In this document: one piece after another, positions 15,672 through 24,955 of the stretch | Position numbering within the stretch: position 1 is the first letter of the stretch | Layout of the letters: each line of letters opens with the position of its first letter | Notes under the pieces: generated by a model | The model's input: only the letters and a program-made list of their open reading frames with translations | The model's database searches: none | Told to the model about the DNA's origin: nothing | Program-made: the position numbers and the translations under genes | Assembly (NCBI GenBank): GCA_965261915.1 | Contig: CBDHDW010000013.1 | Location: forward strand, 1,408,491-1,472,490 | Length of the DNA: 64,000 bases | Origin: Candidatus Poriferihabitaceae bacterium | GTDB lineage: Bacteria > Pseudomonadota > Gammaproteobacteria > Arenicellales > Poriferihabitantaceae | Direction: 5' to 3'

Positions 15672-16904
15672 TTACCCGGCGAGGGCGTCTTCGTAAGGGT
15701 AGGTGGTGAGTAGCCCGTAGCCGGTTTCGGTTACCACTGCCTGTTGTTCGAGTTTTACACCATCTTTTTCACCTTCGGCGCCCATATAGCTTTCAATGCA
15801 TAGCACCATTCCGGGTTGTATGATTTCGTCATAGGGCAGGGGGCCTCGAAAATTGGGGTGGAGGTGTGGATATTCGTCACACATACCGACGCCATGTACG
15901 ATACAGGGATAGGCATTTTTCTGGTATTCGGATTCAACCGGGTAGGCATTTTCCTGGACTTCGCTGAAAAGCACCCCCGGTTTTATGAGCGATAAATTGT
16001 GTGCTATCTCTGCCATGGCCAGACGGTAAATTTGTTTTTGGCGTTTCGTGGGGCGGTCGGGGCCGCAGTGAAAGGTTCTCGACAGATCAGCGAAGTATCC
16101 CTTCGGACCGATCATGTCGGTGTCGAAACCCATTAAATCGCCGGATTCGAGTTTGCGCTCTGATGCCTCCTGCAGCCACGGATTAATTCTCGGTCCGGAG
16201 GCTAACATTCGTCCATCATGCCAGTCGCCGTTGTTTGCGAGATTGGCATAGTTGAGTAAGGCCCATAATTGCACCTCTGACACGCCGGGTTTGAGCGCTT
16301 GTTTTACTTTCGCTGCACCGTGTTCTGCTACCGCCACTGCCCAACGAATACAGGCAAGTTCATCTTCTGACTTGATTAGACGGGCACGTTCAGTAATCAA
16401 AACTCCGTCAACTACCTCGATGCCTCTCGCTTCCAGAGCTTGAGTAATGCCTGGATTGACATATTCGATCGCGATCTTTCGATTGGTTGCGCCAATCTCA
16501 ATCAAATAATTTTCAACCTCCAAAGCGAATTTTTCGGCAAATTGAGAAAGTTTGTCGCCGCCGTAAAAATACGAAATCGCCTGGCCGATTCTCTTATTCG
16601 AATCGGCAATTGCCGGCTCGAACGCGTTATACAACATGTATTGCCCATCACTTGCCAAAAACAGGTAGGTTGACGGGATATGCGACATAAAAGCGGCGTA
16701 GTTCCGATAGTTCACTGCGTATCGCAGGCTGATTGGATTCACCATCACGCAAACGGCTACGTCGTGCTTTTGCATTTCGGCTTGCAGCCGATCTGATCGA
16801 TACTGCTGCAGACGCTCGAAATTGATTTCAGGCATGGTCTGGAATTGTTTGAGGTCACTCCAATTGTCTTCGCAGACCATTCTGTCAGGGGAAGTTGAAT
16901 CCAT
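15672..16904 (-). CDS. M24-family metalloenzyme, DddP-like (candidate DMSP lyase)
   Basis: 410 aa with a pita-bread fold. FDTD-x9-D, then YPCIVHGVGMCDEYP, then CIESY...KLEQ. The ligand spacing matches what I recall for DddP rather than a classical prolidase. Confidence 0.55.
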   Translation of the reverse strand: MDSTSPDRMVCEDNWSDLKQFQTMPEINFERLQQYRSDRLQAEMQKHDVAVCVMVNPISLRYAVNYRNYAAFMSHIPSTYLFLASDGQYMLYNAFEPAIADSNKRIGQAISYFYGGDKLSQFAEKFALEVENYLIEIGATNRKIAIEYVNPGITQALEARGIEVVDGVLITERARLIKSEDELACIRWAVAVAEHGAAKVKQALKPGVSEVQLWALLNYANLANNGDWHDGRMLASGPRINPWLQEASERKLESGDLMGFDTDMIGPKGYFADLSRTFHCGPDRPTKRQKQIYRLAMAEIAHNLSLIKPGVLFSEVQENAYPVESEYQKNAYPCIVHGVGMCDEYPHLHPNFRGPLPYDEIIQPGMVLCIESYMGAEGEKDGVKLEQQAVVTETGYGLLTTYPYEDALAG

Positions 16905-16981
16905 AGGGCTATTCAGACGATTGCAACGAAAACACCCGGAGCACGTTAAGAACCAGGCGTTTTAGGCGAATTGATGATTCG

Positions 16982-17539
16982 TTACTGTGGCGGCGCGGTA
17001 TCGCTGAAAACAGATTGTTGATTGGCGGCGTCCAGTAGGTTTAGGAGATTCGCATGACTGCTGAAATCGACTCTATTTCTAAAAACAGCCCAGCCAACAT
17101 AGCAGGCGCAGCGCAAATTACTATCGTCTGAAAAGCCTCGGCTAACGTCAATACGCTGGTTAAGCTCGGCAACGCCAGACTCTATTCGATCAGCTTGTCT
17201 TTGCAGGTAAGGAATTTTATCTGGGCCGAAACCATTATTTTCGAGTAGAAAAAGATTAATCGTAGCGTCTAAAATGGTATTGGTCATCGCAAACAATTCA
17301 AATTCTTCCAGGCTGCCCAGAAAACTTTCCCCAGACTTCTCCCGACTGTATTTTACGATTGAGCTTGAGTCGGTCAGAGACGTATCGCCAGCGCAAAAAA
17401 AAGGTACTTTGCTGGTGGGGGACATTGCTGCGCTCATGTCGTAGTCGGTTTCGACAAATTCGAAATCGTGTCCGCCCTGAGCGAGTGCAATGCGGCAATG
17501 GCGCACGAAAGGAGAAGTATAACTGCCGTATAGTTTCAT
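16982..17539 (-). CDS. glutathione S-transferase family protein
   Basis: 185 aa. N-terminal thioredoxin-like MKLYGSYTSPFVRHCRIAL...KVPFF...LTDSSSI. Confidence 0.75.
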   Translation of the reverse strand: MKLYGSYTSPFVRHCRIALAQGGHDFEFVETDYDMSAAMSPTSKVPFFCAGDTSLTDSSSIVKYSREKSGESFLGSLEEFELFAMTNTILDATINLFLLENNGFGPDKIPYLQRQADRIESGVAELNQRIDVSRGFSDDSNLRCACYVGWAVFRNRVDFSSHANLLNLLDAANQQSVFSDTAPPQ

Positions 17540-17612
17540 TTGATTTTCCGGATTAGATGGTAGGTAATTTCGAGTAAGTTATTCTATCAGAATACGATAA
17601 AACCGAGAATAT

Positions 17613-18051
17613 TTAACCCAGTGCCTGTTCGTGAAGATCGACCCCTTCCGGGTAGCACATGTCGGGCCGCGCCGAGCGGGTCCAGATATGGGCATCTATG
17701 CTAAACCAGTGCGCATCATCGAATGCACCTGCTGCAATAGCGCGAAGTCCGGGCCGCATTTCCAGCGTCCAGCTATAGGCGGTTCCGCAGGATTTACAGA
17801 ACGCATTTTCTATCCAGCGACTGCTCGTGTCTGAGTAAAATTTGTGTGTCCCCGCATTATCCTGATCGGTCGTGATTTCGATATCATCTTCGGCAAAGTA
17901 AAGGCCGATACCGTATGCCGAACCGGTTCTCTGTTTTCAGGTAGCGCAATGACAAGCGATAGTTCTTGCCGGACTCGTGGTGGTTTTAAACCGAATTGCC
18001 CCGCATTGACACCCGCCTTCTTTAAAATTGCTGTCGTTCTGTTTGTCGTTC
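17613..18051 (-). pseudogene. GFA-family (CENP-V/GFA zinc) gene, separated from its start codon by an IS66-family insertion and carrying an in-frame TGA
   Basis: GGCQCGAIRF...ACHCAT-TGA-KQRTGSAYG...FCKSCGT. The native ATG AAC GAC A lies at 19585-19576 on the far side of the IS. Confidence 0.75.
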
Positions 18052-19575
18052 GTAACTGCCCAGGTTGTTTTTAAGCGTATTTCAGTGTTGCGATAATCTG
18101 ATCGGCAGGCATCATCAGTGTTTCGATGATGTTCCATCCTTGTTTTCTCGCCGTTGTGATGACGCTGCGCAGGGTGGCAAAATCCTCTGCCCCTTGTTCA
18201 GACCTGAACCCTCCCGATATTTTCTGGCGTAACTTCATCATCCGCAGGTCGCGTTCAGCTTCGTTGTTTGTGAATGGCACGTCGGGATCTGTCAGAAAGC
18301 GCAGGGTGCCTTCCTTGTGATCGCGCAATCGTAAAGCCAGATTATGTCCTGTCCGTCGCTTCTTGCGCCCCCGTCTTCCGGGTTTTGGCGGCACGAGTGG
18401 AGGCAATTCCTCATGGAAACCCAATGCAGCGGTGATGATCCTGTCGTATCGCCGATTAATAAGCGCAACAAGCGGTGTTGAAACCGCCACGCCCTTATCC
18501 CGCGCGGCCTGTGTGACATGGTGCGCACGCCGCAGTAGCCTTTGCATCTGACCAGCCCAATCTTCCTGTTCGATTTCGACCAACGCTTGCAGTTCCCGTA
18601 AATGGTGTGCATTGCACAACGCATGGGTAACACCATCCAGCGTGAAGTAGGGCTGCCAATGATCATGCACGATACAGCCCGTGAGATTGGATAACAGATT
18701 ACCGCGTTTGCTGCTGACCCGGTAGAAAGCCAGAAGCGGTGTACAGGCAACGTGAAGCCATTGCAGGCACCCCGTAATCCGGAAACCCGTCTCGTCAAGA
18801 TGTTTGACGTGGACCTGTTGGGCGATCACATCCTGCAGGTGAGAAGCAACCCCCTTGAGCCGCTCTGATGCTTTGCGGTTCATGGCGGCCACAGTGGCAG
18901 GAACCAAAGGGGCATTGAACAAATCGGCCATTATTTGCGCCAGTCTGTCTTCCGGCAGGAAATGGGCGCATTGGAGATATGTTGCCACTCCGGCAATGCG
19001 TGGCCCGTACTGCACGGGTGCCTTCACCTCCAGAGGAAACGCAGCCTTGGTTGTTTCTCCACAGTGGCCACAAAGGCAGACATGTGCCCTGTGTTCCGTT
19101 GTCACCAGAGGCTGTGGCTCGGGCAGGTCAAACACCTGTCGTGCGGCGTAATCCTCTGCCATTGATGGCGACAGCGGTGTGCCACATTGCCCGCAGACAG
19201 AAGGAAAGTGATCTTCAACATGATCGGGGTCTGCCGTTTGGCACAGAGTGCTTCCCTTGTGGCTTTTCTGCCCGCCTGACTTTTTACCGGATTTTCTCCG
19301 CAGACTTTTGGTTCTGGGTTCAGCCTTGGGCTTCTTTAGGCCGTCGCTTGAAGGCGGCTTGCTACTGTTGCTGCTGTTCAAGCTGAGGCGACGCTCAAGG
19401 TCTTCAATGCGAGCCACAAGCAGGGCTATCGTTTGTGCATTCTTCTGCTTCAGCTCTTCATAAGCCTCAACGGAAACATAACCTTTGGGGGCGTCTGGAA
19501 AATTCATAATCTTAATGAATCACATCGGGATTCCTCAGGCAAAAGAATTATTCATTAGGGTACCTGGGCAGTTAC
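18052..19575 (-). mobile_element. compact single-ORF IS66-family element (1524 bp)
   Basis: 14-bp perfect IRs GTAACTGCCCAGGT. 8-bp TSD TGTCGTTC at 18044-18051 and 19576-19583. Confidence 0.9.
18071..19507 (-). CDS. IS66-family transposase (TnpC-type)
   Basis: 478 aa. N-terminal coiled coil, SSKPPSSD, CxxC...CxxC zinc motif, HLDETGFR, CNAHHLREL. Confidence 0.9.
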   Translation of the reverse strand: MNFPDAPKGYVSVEAYEELKQKNAQTIALLVARIEDLERRLSLNSSNSSKPPSSDGLKKPKAEPRTKSLRRKSGKKSGGQKSHKGSTLCQTADPDHVEDHFPSVCGQCGTPLSPSMAEDYAARQVFDLPEPQPLVTTEHRAHVCLCGHCGETTKAAFPLEVKAPVQYGPRIAGVATYLQCAHFLPEDRLAQIMADLFNAPLVPATVAAMNRKASERLKGVASHLQDVIAQQVHVKHLDETGFRITGCLQWLHVACTPLLAFYRVSSKRGNLLSNLTGCIVHDHWQPYFTLDGVTHALCNAHHLRELQALVEIEQEDWAGQMQRLLRRAHHVTQAARDKGVAVSTPLVALINRRYDRIITAALGFHEELPPLVPPKPGRRGRKKRRTGHNLALRLRDHKEGTLRFLTDPDVPFTNNEAERDLRMMKLRQKISGGFRSEQGAEDFATLRSVITTARKQGWNIIETLMMPADQIIATLKYA

Positions 19576-19657
19576 TGTCGTTCATTGTATTGGCTCTATG
19601 CTAAAGGGTAGACTTAAATCACCTTATCACAACTTTTAAACAGGATATGTCAATTTC

Positions 19658-20536
19658 ATGAGTAACAACGTTATTTTGACCTGCGCAGTCACCGGCGGAC
19701 ACAACAATCAGGCCAAACATCCGAACTATCCAATAACCCCTGAACAAATTGCCAACGATTGTATCGAAGCCGGGAAGGCGGGTGCCGCGATTGCGCATAT
19801 TCATGTTCGGCACCCGGAAAGCGGAATGCGTTCAGGTGATGCCAGCCTGTTTCGCGACGTATTTAACCGAATTAAGGATTGCGGAAGCGATATTCTCATC
19901 AATCTTACGTCAAGCGAAGGCGGACGATTTATTCCCGGCGATGTTGACGCGCATATTGGGGGGCCGGGAACGACGTTGTTACAACCGCTGGATCGATTAC
20001 CGCACATTGAGGAATTGAAACCGGATATCTGTACTCTGGATGTGGGTACTTTTAATTTTGGAGATGCCATTTTTGTGAATACGCCGGCGCATTTGCGGAT
20101 TATGGCGAAACGTATGCAGGAATTGGGAGTGAAGCCAGAAATGGAGGTTTTTGAGCCTGGACATATCATGTTTGCGAAAAAGCTGATTGACGAAGGATTA
20201 ATCGATTCGCCAGCAATGTTTCAATTGTGTCTGGGTATCCCGCATGCTTCTCCGGCAACACCTGAAATTCTCGCCGTGATGAAGAGCTTGCTGCCGGAAG
20301 GCTCGAACTGGAGTGCCTTTGGTATTTCGAGATTCGAGTTTGATATTGTTGCCCAGGCGGCAACCCAGGGCGGCAACTGTCGCGTTGGTCTCGAAGACAA
20401 CCTCTATATAAACAAAGGTGAGTTCGCAACCAATGTACAGTTAGTGGAGCGGGCCGTTCGCGTCATTCGCGAGACCGGTCGTGAGCCCGCGACGGTAAGT
20501 GAAGCGGCTGAACGCCTCGGTGTTCGGCAGTCCTGA
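19658..20536 (+). CDS. BKACE-family enzyme (3-keto-5-aminohexanoate cleavage-like, DUF849), paralog 1
   Basis: 292 aa. ILTCAVTG...PITPEQIA...AGAAIAHIHVR, ...VGLEDNLY. Confidence 0.85.
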   Translation: MSNNVILTCAVTGGHNNQAKHPNYPITPEQIANDCIEAGKAGAAIAHIHVRHPESGMRSGDASLFRDVFNRIKDCGSDILINLTSSEGGRFIPGDVDAHIGGPGTTLLQPLDRLPHIEELKPDICTLDVGTFNFGDAIFVNTPAHLRIMAKRMQELGVKPEMEVFEPGHIMFAKKLIDEGLIDSPAMFQLCLGIPHASPATPEILAVMKSLLPEGSNWSAFGISRFEFDIVAQAATQGGNCRVGLEDNLYINKGEFATNVQLVERAVRVIRETGREPATVSEAAERLGVRQS

Positions 20537-20811
20537 AGACGGGTTAATTAGCGGCGTTATTTGCCTTTTAGCAGATTCACGATCACCGTGGCTAAATCTG
20601 AATCCGGGTAGCGCGCCTGGAATCGTGGATCCGGGTGGAGACCCGCTTCATGAGCTGCGTTGAGAAAAACTTCAGATTCCAGTATGTGCTGATCCGAATA
20701 ACCGTGGGTTCCATATCGAAATTTCAGTCAAACCCGATTCAGATTGAGTGCGAATCCAGCCCCGCGCCAGTACCAACAAAGAGGTGAACTTGTGTAAGAA
20801 TTTGGGCCTAT

Positions 20812-22398
20812 CTAGCGGTAGGCAGGAAAGGCTCGCCAACGCAATGACGGTGCGGCAGCCTGAATAGCCCGTTTTTGATGATGCAATCTGTCTTGCAAAT
20901 TTGCCGGTACCGATTCCAGTGAATCGAATGACGAATATATTTTTTGTTCTGAATCCGCGCTCTTTTCACCACCGATGAATTCACTGTGGGTTTGTATGCA
21001 TACTTCGTTGATGTTTCGGTAGAACTCGGCACGGAAGTCTTCGATTACCGATTTTGCCTGGATAAATAATTCTTCGTCATTACAGCTGAACGTCACTCGG
21101 TTATGCGGATCGACTCCATAAGGATTCAGGTGACCATAGACCAGAACTGAGCCCTGAACATCGGGCAGGCTGCCAAGATAGTGCTCTACTGCACCGACAA
21201 AATCGGTGCTACATTGCCAAAGTTTCGACATCGAAGTGTATACCGAATCCTTGTTTATCCGAATGTTGGCGTCAGTATGGCTTTTGTAAACGAATTCCCC
21301 CTTTGGCTCCACAGTGCGAGCGGCGAATGAAACCGATTCGCGAAATTCTCGCATGTCCTCCGGATTGGAAAACATTTCGGCGAATTCGGCGTTTACATCA
21401 CCAATTGCCATGGAACCGTCTTTTCGGGTTTCAACCAGTTCCATCAAAAACTCATCGACTTCGAGTTCGCTAAAGCCTGAAATAAATACCAATCCATCAA
21501 CCGCTGCCTGCTTACATTTGTCTACCAGTCTTAACGCCTGTTTTACCTGCGTTGGATTTGACCCGGAGTCAATTAACGGTTGCATTGATTGTGTTGTGAG
21601 ATGTTCAATACCGAGTAAGATACTGGTAGATCCCTGGGTCGTTTGAACCAGGTCAGTGCTGACATCGAGAAAGCAAAATCGGGATAATCCTGACAGCATT
21701 GTTGCAAGACCGGTAGCCGAATTGGCTACCGGCAGTGCAAATGCAATTTCATTCGGTGGCAATCGGTTGTATTGGCATTTCACTGCACTAACCAGCCCAC
21801 TCCATCCGTATGTACCGGAAAAGCCCTTTAATTTTTCACCGCTGACAGTCTGCAGTTGAACGCCATTGTGTAATGAAACCTCGATAACACTGTCACTAAA
21901 ATATCGCCGTTGCGGGCCCATTCCGCCGGTCATAAATGTAGAACCGACCTGAGCATATGAATAACTGGTCAGGTCGGCGCCCAAAACCCGAAAGTCGCTG
22001 CCAAGTTCGTCGGCCAGCGCCTGATTTAATTGACCCAGAGTGATGCCTGCTCCGGCGCTAACTTGCCGCCGATCTTTGTCAATGACAATCTCATCTACAC
22101 GCAGGTTTCGCAGATCAGCCGATGACTTGTGGGTTACCCGAGGTTGAGCAGGGCAGAGAAACTGCAATCCAACAACAGGGGAGGAATCAGCACGATCGAA
22201 TTGAAAGACGCCCCCGCCAGCGGATGTTCCGGATAGTGGGAGCAATCGGGTATTCTCGCCGTGTAAGGCGAATATTTGCTGCAACGTCGTTTCCAGTTCA
22301 TTATGCCGAATTCGGTAAACCGCATCCGTATGAATCGGGTTGTTTTCACCATCACGAAATGTTTCGTTGACGGGTTTCAGGGAAGCAGAAGTAACCAT
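20812..22398 (-). CDS. FAD-binding (PCMH/GlcD-type) oxidoreductase
   Basis: 528 aa. VDEIVIDKDRRQVSAGAGITLGQLNQAL and VGSTFMTGGMGPQRRYFSDSVIEVSL resemble the FAD_binding_4 domain. Confidence 0.6.
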   Translation of the reverse strand: MVTSASLKPVNETFRDGENNPIHTDAVYRIRHNELETTLQQIFALHGENTRLLPLSGTSAGGGVFQFDRADSSPVVGLQFLCPAQPRVTHKSSADLRNLRVDEIVIDKDRRQVSAGAGITLGQLNQALADELGSDFRVLGADLTSYSYAQVGSTFMTGGMGPQRRYFSDSVIEVSLHNGVQLQTVSGEKLKGFSGTYGWSGLVSAVKCQYNRLPPNEIAFALPVANSATGLATMLSGLSRFCFLDVSTDLVQTTQGSTSILLGIEHLTTQSMQPLIDSGSNPTQVKQALRLVDKCKQAAVDGLVFISGFSELEVDEFLMELVETRKDGSMAIGDVNAEFAEMFSNPEDMREFRESVSFAARTVEPKGEFVYKSHTDANIRINKDSVYTSMSKLWQCSTDFVGAVEHYLGSLPDVQGSVLVYGHLNPYGVDPHNRVTFSCNDEELFIQAKSVIEDFRAEFYRNINEVCIQTHSEFIGGEKSADSEQKIYSSFDSLESVPANLQDRLHHQKRAIQAAAPSLRWRAFPAYR

Positions 22399-22413
22399 TT
22401 TTACTGAACCGGC

Positions 22414-22707
22414 TTAGCCCGGAGTAGCGCTCGTCAGGGTCAGAAATTCGGCGCTATCATTTAGTTTGTGCGCCAAAAGTCTGAGCGAGTTGTGAAATTC
22501 ATCGCGGTTTACCGAACATTGCTGCAAATGCCGATGACCAAGCCCCGGATCAAATGCTGTTCTGCCATGGAGCGCTCGATAATTGTCGAATACGTCTAAA
22601 TCACTCATTACTGCATCTCGAGAATGTCGTTTTATCTCCTCACGTTGGCTACAACGCACCAGAATCCGTTGTCCGGTTGCCTGATATTGCGGTAACCAGA
22701 GTTGCAC
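22414..22707 (-). CDS. hypothetical small protein (likely real start at 22608, MSDLDVF...)
   Basis: The ORF ends 15 nt upstream of the FAD oxidoreductase gene on the same strand. No family recognised. Confidence 0.4.
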   Translation of the reverse strand: MQLWLPQYQATGQRILVRCSQREEIKRHSRDAVMSDLDVFDNYRALHGRTAFDPGLGHRHLQQCSVNRDEFHNSLRLLAHKLNDSAEFLTLTSATPG

Positions 22708-22803
22708 CTTGTTCGATTCGTTGTTGAATTAGTCCCTGAATTTTATCGAACTGAAGATGATTTTGCATGGGTTTAGCGTGGTGAATGGCGGTTATCGTTG
22801 CGG

Positions 22804-23598
22804 TTATTGTTTAAGGTCAACCGGAATTTCACAAACAGGAATGGGATCCATCTTGTGTCGATTGGCTTTGTGGAGTCGGGTGTAAATATCGAAAACGACT
22901 TTCTCGCGACCTTGAAGGTTGGACACTTCAGCATCCGTTGTTTCGGACAGCGCCATCGCCCACTCCAATTCTGCATAGCTGGCACCAAGCTGATCTTCGT
23001 CACTTCGATCGTCTCGCCACAGACCATCGGTTGGCTTTGCAGCCATAATGGAGTCAATAACCCCAAGCGACTGTCCCAGGTCGTATACCTCGGTTTTATT
23101 CAAGTCGGCAATCGGACTCAAGTCTACTCCGCCATCACCGTATTTCGTAAAAAACCCGACGCCAAAATCTTCGACCTTGTTGCCTGTTCCCGCCACCAGA
23201 TAGTTATTCAGCCCGGCGAAGTAGTATAAAGTGGTCATTCTCAGCCTTGCTCGGGAATTCGCCAAAGCAAGCAATCGATCTTCTTCATTGTCAACGGCGG
23301 GCATCTGATTGACGAGGCTGTCGAAAACCGGGGTTAAATCTGTGCAATGTGAACGCAGATTAGGGTGTTGTGCCTGTAGCTGTTCAATGTGTTCACGCGC
23401 TCTGGTAACCTGACTCTGCGCCTGATGGATGGGCATTTCGAGGCATATTACGGGTTTTCCGGTATAACTGACCAGAGCAGATGTTACTGCTGAGTCGATG
23501 CCGCCGGAAACGCCGACTACGAATCCCCCGGTATTTGCACGCTCGCAATAGTCATTTAACCACTGAACGATATGTTTTATTACGGTTTCCGTTTGCAT
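22804..23598 (-). CDS. nadE: ammonia-dependent NAD+ synthetase
   Basis: 264 aa. GFVVGVSGGIDSAV P-loop (SGGxDS) and the overall NadE layout. Confidence 0.9.
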   Translation of the reverse strand: MQTETVIKHIVQWLNDYCERANTGGFVVGVSGGIDSAVTSALVSYTGKPVICLEMPIHQAQSQVTRAREHIEQLQAQHPNLRSHCTDLTPVFDSLVNQMPAVDNEEDRLLALANSRARLRMTTLYYFAGLNNYLVAGTGNKVEDFGVGFFTKYGDGGVDLSPIADLNKTEVYDLGQSLGVIDSIMAAKPTDGLWRDDRSDEDQLGASYAELEWAMALSETTDAEVSNLQGREKVVFDIYTRLHKANRHKMDPIPVCEIPVDLKQ

Positions 23599-23724
23599 CT
23601 CTTGCTATTTCAATTGTGAATGGCTTGTTGAAGTATATATTGGGATGAAACTTCAAATTTCATGCCAACTCCATTATATTAGTGCGCTTTTTTGCAAACT
23701 CGACAAAATCAGCGGTAATTCATT

Positions 23725-24849
23725 ATGGCTAAAACAATCGTCAGTTCCTGGAACGATTTTGATCCTTTAAAGCACGTTATCGTCGGCCGCGCCGATCATA
23801 CCTGCATTCCCCCCAGCGAACCTGCGACGCAAGCAAAAATTCCGCAAGATAGTGATATGCGCGGTATGTGGGGACCAAGATCGCTGGATACCGTTGAAAA
23901 GGCGAATTTTCAACTGGACAATTTAGCGAAACTGCTTGAAAGCCGCGGCATCCGTGTGGATCGACCTTCACCGCTGCAATGGAATCAGGCGGTTAACACT
24001 CCCGATTTTTCCACAGCATCGCAGTTTGGCTGTATGCCGCCGCGTGATGTTTTGTTAACGGTTGGAAATGAAATCTTAAGTGCCGCGATGTCTTTTCGCT
24101 GCCGTTATTTCGAGTATCTCGCTTACCATGATTTAATGCAGCAGTATTTTGATGAAGATGCCAATTTTCGCTGGGAGCAGGCGCCACGCCCGCGTTTAAG
24201 CGATCAATCCTATCAACAGGGTTATTTTGACGAAATCACCATCGATGAGCGTTTGAAGCGTACCGCCGCGCTCGATTTCGTTACCAATGAACACGAGCCG
24301 TTATTCGATGCCGCTGATATTTGCCGAATGGGTAAAGACCTGTTCTGTCAACACGGTCTGACAACGAACCGTAGAGCGATGCAATGGTTAGCTCGCCACT
24401 TTCCCGATCATCGTGTTCACGCAGTCAACTTTCCAGGAGACCCGTACCCCATTCACATTGACGCTACGTTCGTTCCATTGCGTCCCGGTTTGATCATCAA
24501 TAATCCGAATCGACGTCTTCCTGAAACGCAGCGAAAGATTTTTGAAGCGAATGACTGGGAGATTGTCGATGCCGCCCAGCCTTCACACGAAGCACCGCCT
24601 CCGCTATGTTATTCGAGTGTTTGGTTGTCGATGAACTGCCTGGTAATTGACCACAAGACGGTAGTGGTTGAAGCTAGTGAGGTGAATCAGGCAGAGCAGA
24701 TGGATAAACTGGGAATGGCGGTTTTGGCCGTTGAGTTTCGTGATGCTTACGCCTTTGGCGGCGGTTTGCATTGTGCTACAGCGGATGTTTATCGTCAGGG
24801 CGACTGCGAAGATTACTTCCCGAACCTGGTTTCCGGTACACAGGTTTAG
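23725..24849 (+). CDS. amidinotransferase (glycine/inosamine amidinotransferase family)
   Basis: 374 aa. WNDFDPLKHVIVG at the N-terminus and C-terminal FGGGLHCATADV with the catalytic Cys. Confidence 0.75.
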   Translation: MAKTIVSSWNDFDPLKHVIVGRADHTCIPPSEPATQAKIPQDSDMRGMWGPRSLDTVEKANFQLDNLAKLLESRGIRVDRPSPLQWNQAVNTPDFSTASQFGCMPPRDVLLTVGNEILSAAMSFRCRYFEYLAYHDLMQQYFDEDANFRWEQAPRPRLSDQSYQQGYFDEITIDERLKRTAALDFVTNEHEPLFDAADICRMGKDLFCQHGLTTNRRAMQWLARHFPDHRVHAVNFPGDPYPIHIDATFVPLRPGLIINNPNRRLPETQRKIFEANDWEIVDAAQPSHEAPPPLCYSSVWLSMNCLVIDHKTVVVEASEVNQAEQMDKLGMAVLAVEFRDAYAFGGGLHCATADVYRQGDCEDYFPNLVSGTQV

Positions 24850-24955
24850 TTAAAGCCGACAGGTCAAACCGGAATATATTCTGATGTAACCGGACTTTCA
24901 GTAATTCAGCGCCAATTTGTGTAAACTAACCGAAACACCGGCAAATAAAATAAAC

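Noticed and set aside
17937-17939. Selenocysteine codon in the GFA-family gene
   Set aside because: UGA replaces a conserved Cys, which is suggestive. However, I see no convincing SECIS-type hairpin in the 40 nt downstream; there is only a GAACCGGUUC mini-palindrome. The gene is also separately decapitated by an IS, and no sel genes are in the window. A nonsense mutation is more likely. It is kept as a finding only for the cheap check.
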